A stretch of DNA of 64,000 bases from Eledone cirrhosa (taxonomy: Eukaryota): the NCBI GenBank assembly GCA_964016885.1, contig OZ024741.1, positions 287,184,001-287,248,000 of the forward strand, given 5' to 3'. The position numbers and the translations under genes were made by a program. This document shows, one piece after another, positions 39,675 to 55,047 of this stretch (the stretch's first letter is position 1; each line of letters starts with the position of its first letter). The notes under the pieces are model-generated. The model was not told the origin of the DNA and did no database searches. It saw nothing but the letters and a program-made list of their open reading frames with translations.

Positions 39675-39820
39675 TGGCCGATAAAGCAGCGAATTGGCAA
39701 AGTTGCTGTATTCGATCTTGCTCTCTGCCTTCTGAGTTCAAGTCCCACGGAAGTCAACTTTGCTTTTCATCCATTTGAGGTCGATACAAATGTACCAGTC
39801 ATGTAATGGGGTCGATTCTT
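39675..39820 (+). mobile_element. Meta-type SINE (older); another copy at 40460-40630 (-)
   Basis: TTGGCAAAGTT..GAGTTCAAGTCCC..TTGCTTTTCATCCATTTGAGGTCGATA. Confidence 0.7.
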
Positions 39821-41479
39821 CATCTATATCTCTTTCTCACGCCCAGCCTATCATTCTTTATCCTTCTCTGGGAGAAATCTGCTGTATTGAAACCTGGAGA
39901 GGAGCTGGGCTCTGCCAAGTTTAAAAATGCCCTAGAAACGCTGTATGTCAATATGGCGCCTCTATGACTCCCACAGGAGTCACGAAATTAAAAGAGTATC
40001 CTGGCAGATTTATCTTTATCTATATCCCCTTCCAAATAAAGTCCTTTTTGTCTCCTTCTGCATAGACGCCTATCACTATATATCCCGCCTAAAACTATCA
40101 TTCACCTTTCCTATCGCTGTCTTTTCTTTACCCCACCTGCACAAAATCACCAATTGATAATAAGCCAACCGATAAACCGAAAGAAGACAGTTCTGGCTTA
40201 ACAATCTCATTAAATAAACAATACACTCTACAACATGTATTAAGAACTCATTTCCTCATTAGTTGACAAACAATAACGTTTGAGCACACACTCACACAGA
40301 GACACTATATATATTCAGTAAAAGGTGTATGTATGGATGCCTAATTCCTGATTGAGACGTCGAAGCGCCGTAGTGACATACAACAGAGCACTTCCTTCAC
40401 CAGATCTGGACACAGCTGATTTTTTTGAGAGAAGCTAAGAGAAAGGAAGTGAGAAAGTGATGCAGTGTAATAATCAACTCAAGTACTTGACTAGTACTTC
40501 TTTTATCGACCTCGAAACGATGAAAGGCAAAGTTGATTTCTATCAGTTTGAACTCAGAGCGCAGAGATCCGGACGGAATAACGCAATGCATTCTATATGA
40601 CGTTCTAACATCTCCGTCAAATCGCATCGAGTTAAATAAATTTTTAAAAAAACATTGAACATTGACTACATAAAGGTCTAAATATGTGTGGAGTATAAAT
40701 TTATCGTAACGTGTTGAAAACCTATATATAATGGAAGTGAAATTTTGTTTCGTATTTTTCAGAGCTGTATGAAATTACAAAATGAAATTACGATGTCAAA
40801 TTTTCGGACCACAGGGAGACGTATGTCGGAAAGCTTCTCTCGATAAATAATAATAAATATGTATATAAAACCGAAATATACTATATTTTGTTGAGTTGAA
40901 TGGAGATGTGATTTACCATCTGCATATGTCAATTTCCTTCCAATGCAGAGCTCAGCAATCTATTTTAGTATTCACTTGGGTCATTTGTGAAGGTTTTTTC
41001 CCCTATTTTATTGAAAGAACATATCTGTATAATTTCTACATATTATAGTTACACAAAAATGTACGTTTCTTTCTCCCCAAAAATATAATCTTTACAAAAT
41101 ATTTGTAGTATAAATTCTTTTAGATTTTAAGGTGTGTGCATCATTTAGAGATGAATACATATTAAAATTTCTGTTTGTACCTTAATACGGTCTTTTATCA
41201 TTTGATCGCTCTAAACTACTTCTTAAGACACACACACACGCACGCACACGCACACGCACACACACATACCGACTTACATTCTCAGGAACAGGTTGAAGGA
41301 AACAAGTGAGTAACGTCACTCATGGGTATACATTTCGTGTGCCTTCACACACACATACACGTGTGCGAACAAATTCATACATACATACATGTATGTATGT
41401 ATGTGTGTATGTATGTTTTATTCTATAAAATTACGATAAAATAAAATCTTATATTTTGCAACGAAAGTAAAGTATCATC

Positions 41480-43120
41480 TTGGTGATAATAGATATGTTA
41501 ACAGAAACAAAACAAGATTGAAAAATGCTATAGTATATTGCAAAAATAGAACAAAAGAACGCTGACCCACGGAAAACTATCGGCCACGTGACAATGTTTA
41601 TCACATGTAAACAAAAACAACAAAAAAGCTACACTCCTCAACAACAAAGAATGAATAATAAGACAGAAACGATGTTTGGAGACAGTTAAAAAAACAGAAT
41701 TGTTCAATACAAGTTAATCAGCCTTAATCAAGAACTAGGTGTTGTCAGAGAGAAACTTCGATATCAGAAGAGAGTTGCTGAAAGGAAAATAATTAATAAA
41801 AGATACAGTCATACAGTCGTAACCAAACGTCAGTCTATAGAGATATGAAGGGCAAAGTAATAAATGTCACTGAGGCCCCATCCCAGAAAGACACAGATTC
41901 CTTCTGGAGAAAAATATGGGGTGAGTAAAAGAGGTTTAACCAAAATGCAATGTGTTTGAAAGAGATCCAAACGAACTACTGTACTTGCATTACACCAAAA
42001 ACATATAGCATCAATGATGGTACCCTTGAGACTGTTATAGGAAATCATCAAGATAATAAAGCACCACAAAGAAACTTGATTGTCGGCTACTGGTACAAAA
42101 AACTAACATTCTATTGGATGTATCTTCTCAAGGGAGATACACATATACCAGGGTGTTTGACATCAGCAGTAGCAAGATTCATCCCCGAGACCAAAGACAC
42201 CAACTTGGAAAAAAGCTACCAAGTCGTTGCATGTCGGAACCTAATGAAGAAAATATATACAGCCTGCCTGAACCTATTTCTCCAAGATCACTGACAATAA
42301 TAACATCATCACAGATGAGCAAACAGCTTGGAAGAAAGAAGTATGGAGGTGCTGAGCAAATCATATTTAACAAAACCTGTCGTCAAAGATGCGATGATAT
42401 AGGAGAAACTTGTTTACACTCTAGCTGAAGTCCAGGAAAGCATTCGATTCTGTTCCACACTCTTGGATGTTAGAAGATCTACGACCCGCTAAAGTCCCAG
42501 ATACCACCTTCTGAGCCATAGAGAACCTATCATCTTTGTGGGTCACTATCCTGAAGTTAAATACAGAGAAGGAGGACTATATTGTCACTGATGAAATAGA
42601 ATATCGCAGGGTATAGTTTTAGGGGACAGCCTCCTTATCATGCTATTTATACTGTCAGTAACTCTTGTTATTTATGCTGAGGGAATGTGAAGGATACGTA
42701 ATTGGTTCACAGGAGGTCAGAAACACTAACCTAACACATAGCTTTTCTATGGATGACCTGAAACGTTATGCCAAGTATATAAATGGAATGAAGAAAAACC
42801 TTGACATGTTTACGACGTTATATAAGAATGCTGTGTCGGGATAAATTTTCCTATATGATTTTAAAGCGGGGAAAAACTACAATCCAATCTCAAAATTTCT
42901 ATCAGTAGCATGACTGTTTCACCAATATCTGACGAGGACTGCTACAGATACTTAGGGATAGATGAAAATATATCCGATGATGAAATTTTAGCAAGGAACG
43001 AGTAAACAGTGAACATAACATCCGAATAAGATAAATATAGTTTTCGGAACTCTTTACGCACAATACACCAATGGCTCACAATGTGTTTGCTGGGCCTGAA
43101 CTTACACTAACATATGGACT
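41480..43120 (+). pseudogene. Heavily decayed R4/Dong-like RT fragment
   Basis: 42700-43100 is homologous to 35690-36110 (MDDLKRYA, CYRYLGIDENIS); KAFDSVPHSW motif near 42437. Confidence 0.75.
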
Positions 43121-43190
43121 ACCTCTAGATAGAAGATAGATGTCAAAAGTAATAAAACATTGTTTATCGCTTAGCTACTCAAGTACACAC

Positions 43191-43489
<299 letters not shown>

Positions 43490-43935
43490 TTTAATTTTAG
43501 TACAGCATAGACGAAGCTCTAGTATACGGCCAAGCTAGCGTGTATGCTTATTCGGTTTGTAGCTTTAGCACTCAGATGAGGTAAGACCCCAGAGTATAAC
43601 ATTATGTTCAGACAGCTTAGCAAATTAGATATAGCAGTCGGCAGTCCGACCGCATCACCAGAGCAACGAAAATACAGGATCCAGGTAAAGATTTTTTACT
43701 GACCTGGACATAACGCTGAGGCTGGGTGTAAAATATACAATCCACATGGTGTTTCCACAATATTGATCGCAAAATCGCACGCAGCGACAGCGCTAAGTTT
43801 CTGCAAATCCATGAACGACAAATTCCTATTGCAGGAGTCTGCAATATAATGGTTTTTGACGACAGAACATAGGATTTACTTCTTCAGCAAGTCTTTCGTT
43901 CTTAGCTAAAGCGGGTATGCTGTGACTTTAAAGGT

Positions 43936-44001
<66 letters not shown>

Positions 44002-44371
44002 TATATCCATTCTAATCTATTACCTATCACGTTCTATTTTTCATTCTTTTTGTTTTTCGCTCTCACTTAATGTTCCCGCTTAAGGGGCATTCTTGTGGTG
44101 TAAAAATACCAATTTATGGACATTGCTTCCTGAATAATTTCTTCCCCGGTGACACAAAAGACACATACTTAATATTAAACTGCATGAGTCAATGCACAGA
44201 TTGTGATATATATATGGATACACCTGTATATGAATAAAGGAGTTTATTTTTGTAGAAACATGCTGCAGAAGAAAAAAAATGACTCAATTTTTCATCTTTG
44301 ATTTTGTTATATTATATACACACACACAAACAAACAAACACACATATATATATATGTATGCATATAAATAA

Positions 44372-44432
<61 letters not shown>

Positions 44433-44436
<4 letters not shown>

Positions 44437-44574
44437 TTTTCCGAGGTTTTTGAGACCGAATAAATTAAATTAACCGATATAAAAGACACAGAAGCGAAAA
44501 CCAACCAAACAGTGAGTGTGTTCTGTTATTAATTCTGGCAATATTATTACACAAATATGACCCTCCCCAAGTAT

Positions 44575-44580
<6 letters not shown>
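44433..44580 (+). mobile_element. Mini insertion of the PLE family A 3' tail in (TA)n
   Basis: 44473-44580 matches 60263-60373; starts with the inverted terminal motif GTTTTCCGAGGTTTTT. Confidence 0.78.
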
Positions 44581-44620
<40 letters not shown>

Positions 44621-44709
44621 ATATATATATATATACGTATGTATATATGTATGTATGTATGTATGTATATATGTATGTATGTATGTATGTGTATATATAT
44701 ATATATAAT

Positions 44710-44744
<35 letters not shown>

Positions 44745-44761
44745 GTATGTGTATATATAAG

Positions 44762-44794
<33 letters not shown>

Positions 44795-44799
<5 letters not shown>

Positions 44800-45038
44800 A
44801 AGGAGTAGGACCCCGACGGATGAGCTCAAGCCGTTTCGACGGCTAATTCTGGACTAAATGAAAATGTTTATCCTGATATACCAGGATAAACATTTTCATT
44901 TAGTCCAGAATTAGCCGTAGAAACGGCTTGAGCTCAGCTGTCGGAGTCCTACTCGTTCCTATTACCCACTCTACTACTCTAAGTATTGAGTACTTTGGTG
45001 CGTTATGGTCCACCTGGTTCCTTACCACATTTCCTTCG
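44795..45038 (+). mobile_element. Asymmetric fold-back PLE-tail insertion (arms ~80 bp, 44795-44962)
   Basis: Inverted repeat centred ~44878; same tail family as 20588, 43312, 52300 (-) and 53433. Confidence 0.85.
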
Positions 45039-45039
45039 T

Positions 45040-45100
<61 letters not shown>

Positions 45101-45346
45101 GTATTGCCATGGGACGTGTTTTCACAACTCTCCAGTAGAATCGATTTTAACAGTTGTGAATAATGTGTTTTCACCAATAGTATAATATTATCAGCTATAT
45201 CTCGACTGTTTTTTTTTGTGATATCCTGACATTTTCTCGACTAATGTGTATACACATAGAATAAATACTTACAGAAAAAGCATACATATACACTCTCATA
45301 CTGATTCGCAGACACGCTTATTTACAGATTAGGTTTATATATATTT

Positions 45347-45392
<46 letters not shown>

Positions 45393-45397
<5 letters not shown>

Positions 45398-45820
45398 TAA
45401 ACGGAATAGAAAATGCTGACAAATTGTTCACAGTTGAAAAATGGTTTAATTAGGAATAAAAGAGTATTAGTGATTGTATGGGTTAGTATTCAGTTGTGGT
45501 TTTAAGTTTTTAAGTTTTTACCGGTTGCGCATTTCTAAATGCTTTTCAAAAATAATTTTGAGATAGAGTGTCCGTGCTGTTTGCTCAGATCAGAGCAAAC
45601 AGCACGGACACTCTATCTCAAAATTATTTTTGAAAAGCATTTAGAAATGCGCAACCGGTAAAAACTTAAAAACTTAAAACCACAACTGAATACTAACCCA
45701 TACAATCACTAATACTCTTTTATTCCTAATTAAACCATTTTTCAACTGTGAACAATTTGTCAGCATTTTCTATTCCATTTACCAATATATAATAACTTGT
45801 GTGTTACACCTCTATTCTTT

Positions 45821-45823
<3 letters not shown>
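45393..45823 (+). mobile_element. Asymmetric fold-back (arms ~195 bp, centre ~45590) in (TA)n
   Basis: 45393-45586 is the near-perfect reverse complement of 45593-45786; right arm extends ~37 bp. Confidence 0.9.
45627..45663 (+). ncRNA. Variant/decayed hammerhead (U3-A8; GCAA for GAAA); mirror copy on - at ~45516-45552
   Basis: TTT-TTGAAAA-GCATTT-AG-AAATGC-GCAA-CCGG-TA-AAA; palindromic ACCGGT. Confidence 0.55.
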
Positions 45824-45866
<43 letters not shown>

Positions 45867-45977
45867 GTGTGTGTGTATAATGTATAATGGTAATACTGAC
45901 CAAAACCTACCAAAGTTGTATATATATATATTGGGTAATCACCCAGAAACAATAGTGTCTGCAGTTCTGTTTGCATC

Positions 45978-46072
45978 TCAACACAAGAGCGAGAATGAGG
46001 GGCTCATTCTACTGACATGGCTTATAAAAGACCTCCTGCATGATTATTAATATTCGAAAAACTCAGATTGCA
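45978..46072 (+). repeat. Short tail-like repeat ending in (AT)n; inverted relative at ~49900-50015
   Basis: CTCATTCTACTGACATG..ATTATTAATATTCGAAAAACTCAGATT and its reverse complement. Confidence 0.7.
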
Positions 46073-46095
46073 TATATATATATATATATATATAG

Positions 46096-48398
<2,303 letters not shown>

Positions 48399-48619
48399 TA
48401 GGAAAATAGAAACATATTTTATCTATCACTTTTATCTCTATCTCGTGGTTGCATGTATGGTCCTGTAACACTTAAGGGAGCCGTAGGGTCACCGTATAAA
48501 CATACGGCCTTTCTAGAGCACTTTTTAAACATGAAAGACCCCAATCCTCTCCAGGTCTGAATACAGTAGATTACTTATAGAGAATGATAAAATGTGAGAG
48601 AATGGAAGTCAGAAAGAGA

Positions 48620-48800
48620 TATAGAGGGAGGGTCGACCCCAATACTTGACTGATACTTTTGTTATCGACCTTGAATGGATGAAAGGCGATGTTGACTTCG
48701 ACATGATTTGAACTCAGAGAGCAGAGAACTAAAAAAAAAGAAAAAATATTGCAAAGCATTCTATCGGATGTCCTAAAAACTCTGCCAATTCACCGTCTTC
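48620..48800 (-). mobile_element. Meta-type SINE; further copies at ~50340-50450 (-), 51618-51760 (-), 56708-56885 (+), 63575-63795 (+)
   Basis: Same SINE consensus. Confidence 0.75.
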
Positions 48801-49677
48801 GACAAGCACTGGTTTGGAGAGAATCGAGTTAATCAACCGTAACAACATAGAGGATATACAGTTAGGAACAACAACCCAACTAAAATTGTACGTTTGAAAC
48901 AACTTAGAGGTCCGGGTTTCATATCACACTTAAAGTCGCTCCATTTCACTGATGTTCTTCATACTGCTGGGAGAGAAGCGAACTTTCGAAATTCAACGTT
49001 TTTCGCTCCTCATTTATAAACAAGCCATTTTCTGCCTACCGAAAAGCAATGAATATTTAAACACGGAATTAAGAATATAATAGGTTATCAATTTTAAATG
49101 GACGAAATAAATATATCTTTGTACAAATAGAATGGTTCTCAACACGCCAGCACAGATAATCACTGTAAGCAACTAAACAGAACAATTTATGACATGAATG
49201 TAATCAAATTTTCTCCACATGTATACAGACACACACACACTCACGCACAAAGCACACAAATCCAAAACACACAGGTACGTACACACATACACATAGACGA
49301 ACGCATAGAGCTAAACACACATACACAAACAGAGAGATGCAGACACGCATACACAAACAGAGACAAATACGCATACACAGACCGATACAAACACGCATAC
49401 ACAAACACACCCACACAAACGCAATCACACAGATATAAACACAAAACACTTACATACAACACACAGAAATATAAACATACAAGCACAAAAAATTTTAAAA
49501 TAACATAAACATATAAACAATGATATGGCTATACAGTTAAGAATTTTGCTTTGCAATGAAGAGTTTAGCGTTCGATTCCAATGCATTGCGTTTTGGGACA
49601 AGTGTCGCCTACTATAGTATCATGTGGACCAATAAGTTGTGACGTATATCGACAGAAACAATGCAGAGGTCTCATTC

Positions 49678-49785
<108 letters not shown>

Positions 49786-49859
49786 CAGGGTGTCCCCCAA
49801 GAATTTTACACACATTTATTAGAATGCTGTTGAAGTGTGTATACATTTTTTGGGATATC

Positions 49860-49862
<3 letters not shown>
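49786..49862. mobile_element. Tc1/mariner-type MITE (77 bp) in (TA)n
   Basis: Imperfect TIRs CAGGGTGTCCC / GGGATATCCTG followed by TA; inner TACACAC/GTGTGTA repeat. Confidence 0.65.
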
Positions 49863-49901
<39 letters not shown>

Positions 49902-50057
49902 GTAATCTGAGTTTTTCGAATATTAATAATAATATTCGATTCGTTTGTAGTTATGCAAACAAGCCTCTTTTTAAGTCATGTCAGTAGAATGAACTCCTCA
50001 TTCTTGCTCTTGTGTTTCTTGTATTCAGCCAGGTAGAGCGATAACTTTTTTGTTAGT

Positions 50058-50146
<89 letters not shown>

Positions 50147-50589
50147 GTTTGTATGATGTTTTAGTGATGGAGATGAAGGCCAGAGCCCATGATCTCCTAC
50201 TGTTTCAGACATCCAAGATCAGTGGTAGAAAGCGAGGAGTTATCTTCAAACTATAGAGCTGGCTCAATATCTAACCACCAAAGGATACAGAGCATCTCAC
50301 TTGGGCCTCAAACAATGTTTTTCATCCCTGGCTCCTACTATTTTTTATTGGCCCAGAAAGAATGAAAGGCAAAGTTGAGTTAAAAGTTATTTAAACACAG
50401 AACTGAGAGGTGTGTAAATAGCCCTTTAAGTGTTGTTACGTTCTAATGATTCTCTGACTCATAAACAAACAAGATCCAATAAAACAACAACCTAACTAAA
50501 ATAAAAAGAGGGGATCAACTTAAACACATGAACATGGGGCTCTAACATAGCCACATTCCAGCGACCGAACAGAGTGAATGAATAAAATA

Positions 50590-50660
<71 letters not shown>

Positions 50661-51449
50661 AAAACACGCGTTAATATACATACAATCTCCACACGCACAT
50701 ACATACAAGCACAGGTAATTTCTGAAGCAAAAACAGATATTATAATTAATACTAAATAATGTCTCGTGTAAAATATAATAATGATATTGTAGGTGACTTT
50801 AAATATGAGAATATATATATATTTATTCCCCACCCGCCACCCTCCCACTCTCAAGAGCGTGAAACTAATAAACCTTTGTTCGTACTGCCTCTCTGTTTTG
50901 TTCCCGTTCCATTTTTCACTATATATATATATGTATATGTATATATGTATATGTATTGGGTGCGTGATTCTCCTAATTTGTTTAAAGTAAATGTGATTTT
51001 TTCAATATGCCAAATAGATATACGTCAAGATAATAGGTTAGATAATTAAGTACACGTTACTTTGCCTGGATGCTTTTCTAGTATGTTTTTGCGTGTGTAT
51101 GTGTAAATGTGCATGTATACACACACACAAATATATATATTTATATAATATAGATATATAAAAATATATATATATATATATAAACATTTATATAAATATA
51201 TTATATAATGTATATATTTACATGTATATACATATATATATATATACATATTATATAATATATATATAAACATGTATATATATATATTTATATACATTGT
51301 GTAATATATATATAAATATATATATGTATATATATATATATATAATGCAATGAAATATCTATGACCGTCGGCAAATCACTGATGAGGGATTCATTTTATT
51401 ACATGTTATCCATGTGCTACCTGCAGTATTTTTCTCTATATTTTATTAC

Positions 51450-51500
<51 letters not shown>

Positions 51501-51520
51501 AGTGTGTGTTTGTGTGTGTG

Positions 51521-51552
<32 letters not shown>

Positions 51553-51555
51553 ATG

Positions 51556-51587
<32 letters not shown>

Positions 51588-52042
51588 TTTTCGCAGAGAA
51601 CTTCAAGAGAAAGTAACTGTTTCTACTTTAGGCACAAGGCCAGCAATTACCCAGTGCATTACTAGTACTTTATTTTATCGACCCCGTAAGGATGAAAGGC
51701 AAAGTTAACCTCGGCGGGATTTGAACTAAGATCGTAAAGGGACGTAACTATGCTGGAAAGCTAATATCAGTCCGACAAATAAAGGATGGCTAGATATTAG
51801 AATGTTCATGAATAACAGTCAATTTTATCTGCTACTTACTATGTATGAAACACAGGAAGATGGGGTTGCGAAATTATCTAATTTGGAATAATGACTTTAC
51901 TATGTTTACTTACACATACAGCACATACACGCACACACACACACATACACATATATAGGTTTGTATGTATATATATATATATAGATATATATATATATAT
52001 GTATGTATCTCTCTCTCCCTCTCTCTCTTTGTATATATATAC

Positions 52043-52075
<33 letters not shown>

Positions 52076-52199
52076 TAGATAGATATATATATACATATAT
52101 ATATATATGTGTGTGTTCGATGTTAGCTATGATGCTTCGATAAATAAATAAGTAAATAAAACCTGCAGTTCCAGAATCAGCCAGATCCATACAATGATC

Positions 52200-52237
52200 G
52201 TGTCTCGAGCTGTCTGCCGGCGAAACAATTGTAACAC
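52200..52237 (+). ncRNA. Decayed hammerhead (2-nt deletion in CUGANGA)
   Basis: GTGT-CT--CGA-GCTG-TCTGC-CGGC-GAAA-CAATTG-TA-ACAC; palindromic ACAATTGT. Confidence 0.6.
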
Positions 52238-52299
52238 ACAATAAATTGAGTCCAGATGCATCACTGATTTTTCGTTTTATATTATATATATATATATAT

Positions 52300-52441
52300 A
52301 TGAATATAAAGAGGGCGTGGTAAGATACCAATGGACCATAATGCACCAGAGTACTCGGTACTTGGGGTAGTAGAGTGGGTAATAAGAAAAGATTCAGTAA
52401 CCCAACGGTTCGGATCAAGTCGTCGGGCTAGATCTTTTCCT
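52300..52441 (-). mobile_element. Diverged PLE-tail mini insertion
   Basis: GTGGTAAG..TGGACCATAATGCACCAGAGTACTCG..GTAGAGTGGGTAATA is the reverse complement of the 43358-43430 tail. Confidence 0.75.
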
Positions 52442-52453
52442 ATATATATATAA

Positions 52454-52512
52454 ACAGTAATTGCCCGCTATATCACGGTTCACTTTTCGAGGTCCCGCTA
52501 GATCGCGGATTT
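52454..52512. mobile_element. Possible pogo/Tigger-like transposon end fragment
   Basis: CAGTAATTGCCCGCTATATCACGGTTC..CGCTAGATCGCGG resembles Tigger-type TIRs (recalled, not searched). Confidence 0.4.
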
Positions 52513-52549
52513 ATGTATATATATAAATATATTATATATATATATATAA

Positions 52550-52620
<71 letters not shown>

Positions 52621-52644
52621 TATTATATATATATATATATATAA

Positions 52645-52797
<153 letters not shown>

Positions 52798-52859
52798 AAA
52801 TATATTATATTTATATACATATATATATATATATTATATATATATAAATATATTATATT

Positions 52860-52926
<67 letters not shown>

Positions 52927-52931
<5 letters not shown>

Positions 52932-53136
52932 AGAAGTGGTATTTAATTTGTTGGAAGTCCGACAAACATAAATGTTTATAACTGATTTAGAGCACTCAAC
53001 AAGTTACTGGAGTAAATATTCAATGATATTAAATAAATGGAAACTATATTTATAAAATAAAATTAAAAAAATATGGTTTTATAAATAAAATAAATATGGT
53101 TTTATAAATATAGTTTCCATTTATTTAATATCATTG
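52927..53136 (-). repeat. Asymmetric fold-back in (TA)n (37-bp arms at 53021-53057 / 53100-53136)
   Basis: CAATGATATTAAATAAATGGAAACTATATTTATAAAA and its reverse complement. Confidence 0.8.
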
Positions 53137-53141
53137 TATAT

Positions 53142-53226
<85 letters not shown>

Positions 53227-53232
<6 letters not shown>

Positions 53233-53396
53233 GTGAGGTTTTTTTTACAAAATGAAAAATAAACGAGGTGTCCTACACGTGTGAAAGTATAAGGAAAAAA
53301 GATGAAATCGAAAATGCAACTGGAGTCTTTTTTTGAAAAAATATATTTTTTTTTTCAAAAAAAGACTCCAGTTGCATTTTCGATTTCATCTTTTTT

Positions 53397-53403
<7 letters not shown>
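53227..53403 (-). repeat. Asymmetric fold-back in (TA)n (arms ~53 bp, 53288-53403)
   Basis: TATAAGGAAAAAAGATGAAATCGAAAATGCAACTGGAGTCTTTTTTTGAAAAA and its reverse complement. Confidence 0.85.
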
Positions 53404-53432
<29 letters not shown>

Positions 53433-53437
<5 letters not shown>

Positions 53438-53623
53438 AACAAGTAAGACCCCGACGGCTGAGCTCAAGCCGTTTCGACGGCTAATTCGTCCAGAATTAGC
53501 CGTCGAAACGGCTTGAGCTCAGCCGTCGAGGTCTTACTTGTTCCTATTACCCACTCTACTACCCTAAGTATTGAGTACTTTGGTGCGTTATGGTCCACCT
53601 GGCTCCTTACCACATTTCCTTCG
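53433..53623 (+). mobile_element. Asymmetric fold-back PLE-tail insertion (arms ~55 bp, 53433-53547)
   Basis: Same family as 44795 but with a different fold-back point. Confidence 0.85.
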
Positions 53624-53671
<48 letters not shown>

Positions 53672-53676
<5 letters not shown>

Positions 53677-54555
53677 GAGAGGTATACAAATATATGTGTA
53701 TACATACATATACATGTATATATAAACATACTTTTTTCACAAGTATGTGAAATAATTAAATTGGCACAATATCAGAGTTATGTAAAATATTATAAAAAGG
53801 AATAATAGATACAATATACCTATTTTTACCTTGGTCCCGACTGTACAGTTTCGCTGGTCACTATGCAAAAATGATATAACAGTTTTGCATAGTGACCAGC
53901 GAAACTGTACAGTCGGGACCAAAGAAAAAAATAGGTATATTGTATCTATTATTCCTTTTTACAATATTTTACATAACTCTGATATTGTGTCAATTTAATT
54001 ATTTCGATTATTTTGTCTCTCATAATCATAGAGTAACACTGGTTAAGGTCGACAACATACAATCTCACATACTTGTGAAAAATGTATGTTTATATATACA
54101 TGTATATGTATGTATACACATATATTTGTATACCTCTCATTATTGTCTCTAACTCCCTCACGGTAGAGTAACCACGGAAGTATAGTGACTGCTTTCAAGC
54201 AAATACTATATACACTTCTAGTCAACCTTACCACCCTTCTGTAGCCTATGTATCATATCAATATCTCCCTCCGCCTTCTGAGATATTTTCACTGCTACAA
54301 GGGATTAATCACCTTTCTTGACCGGTGTATCACGTGATAGAGTCTCCCTCCGCCTTTCTGAGATTTTCTCGCATGCTACAGACGTATGTAGTTAGGGCTC
54401 TTCCCTGAGGTGTCTCTTGATAAGCTGGCTTACCTCACAACAATGTTACATATCTATGATATAACATTTTTGCATAGTGACCAGCGAAACTGTACAGTCG
54501 GGACCACAGGCAAAAAATAGGTATATTGTATCTATTATTCCTTTTTACAATATTT

Positions 54556-54557
<2 letters not shown>
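53672..54557 (+). mobile_element. Retrozyme-like element: 585-bp unit + ~100-bp direct repeat, preceded by a ~200-bp inverted copy
   Basis: 53871-53971 repeats at 54456-54557; 53672-53870 is inverted relative to 53883-54143; hammerhead at 54412; no credible ORF. Confidence 0.8.
54412..54504 (+). ncRNA. Hammerhead ribozyme, U3-A8 core variant, extended stem II, GUC cleavage after 54499
   Basis: GTCTC-TTGATAA-GCTGG-(52 nt)-CCAGC-GAAA-CTGTACAG-TC-GGGAC; 10-nt palindrome ACTGTACAGT. Confidence 0.8.
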
Positions 54558-54593
<36 letters not shown>

Positions 54594-54599
<6 letters not shown>

Positions 54600-54726
54600 A
54601 TACTTTGGGATGGTCATGTTGCCAATAAGAAACACACGCACCAGTTGCTTTCACTTCAATTTATTATAATAAATTTATAAATTTAGGAATTTATAAATTT
54701 CTGGTTGGTTGGTTGGTTCCACAACC

Positions 54727-54796
<70 letters not shown>

Positions 54797-54955
54797 GGTT
54801 GTGGAACCAACCAACCAACCAGAAATTTATAAATTTATTATAATAAATTGAAGTGAAAGCAACTGGTGCGTGTGTTTCTTGTTGGCAACATGACCCTCCC
54901 AAAGTATAACAATATCGGTTTCAACACACGATTTCAAATAAAGAATCTTGCTAAA
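54594..54955. mobile_element. Inverted pair of PLE family A tails around a central (AT)n (54729-54794)
   Basis: Both arms match 2316-2450; same 5' breakpoint CTGGTTGTGGAACC. Confidence 0.88.
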
Positions 54956-54971
54956 CAAATTCAGAAACGAA

Positions 54972-55040
<69 letters not shown>

Positions 55041-55047
<7 letters not shown>

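Noticed and set aside
51378-51412. CTGATGA-G-GGAT..ATCC hammerhead half
   Set aside because: GAAA box and stem III are absent
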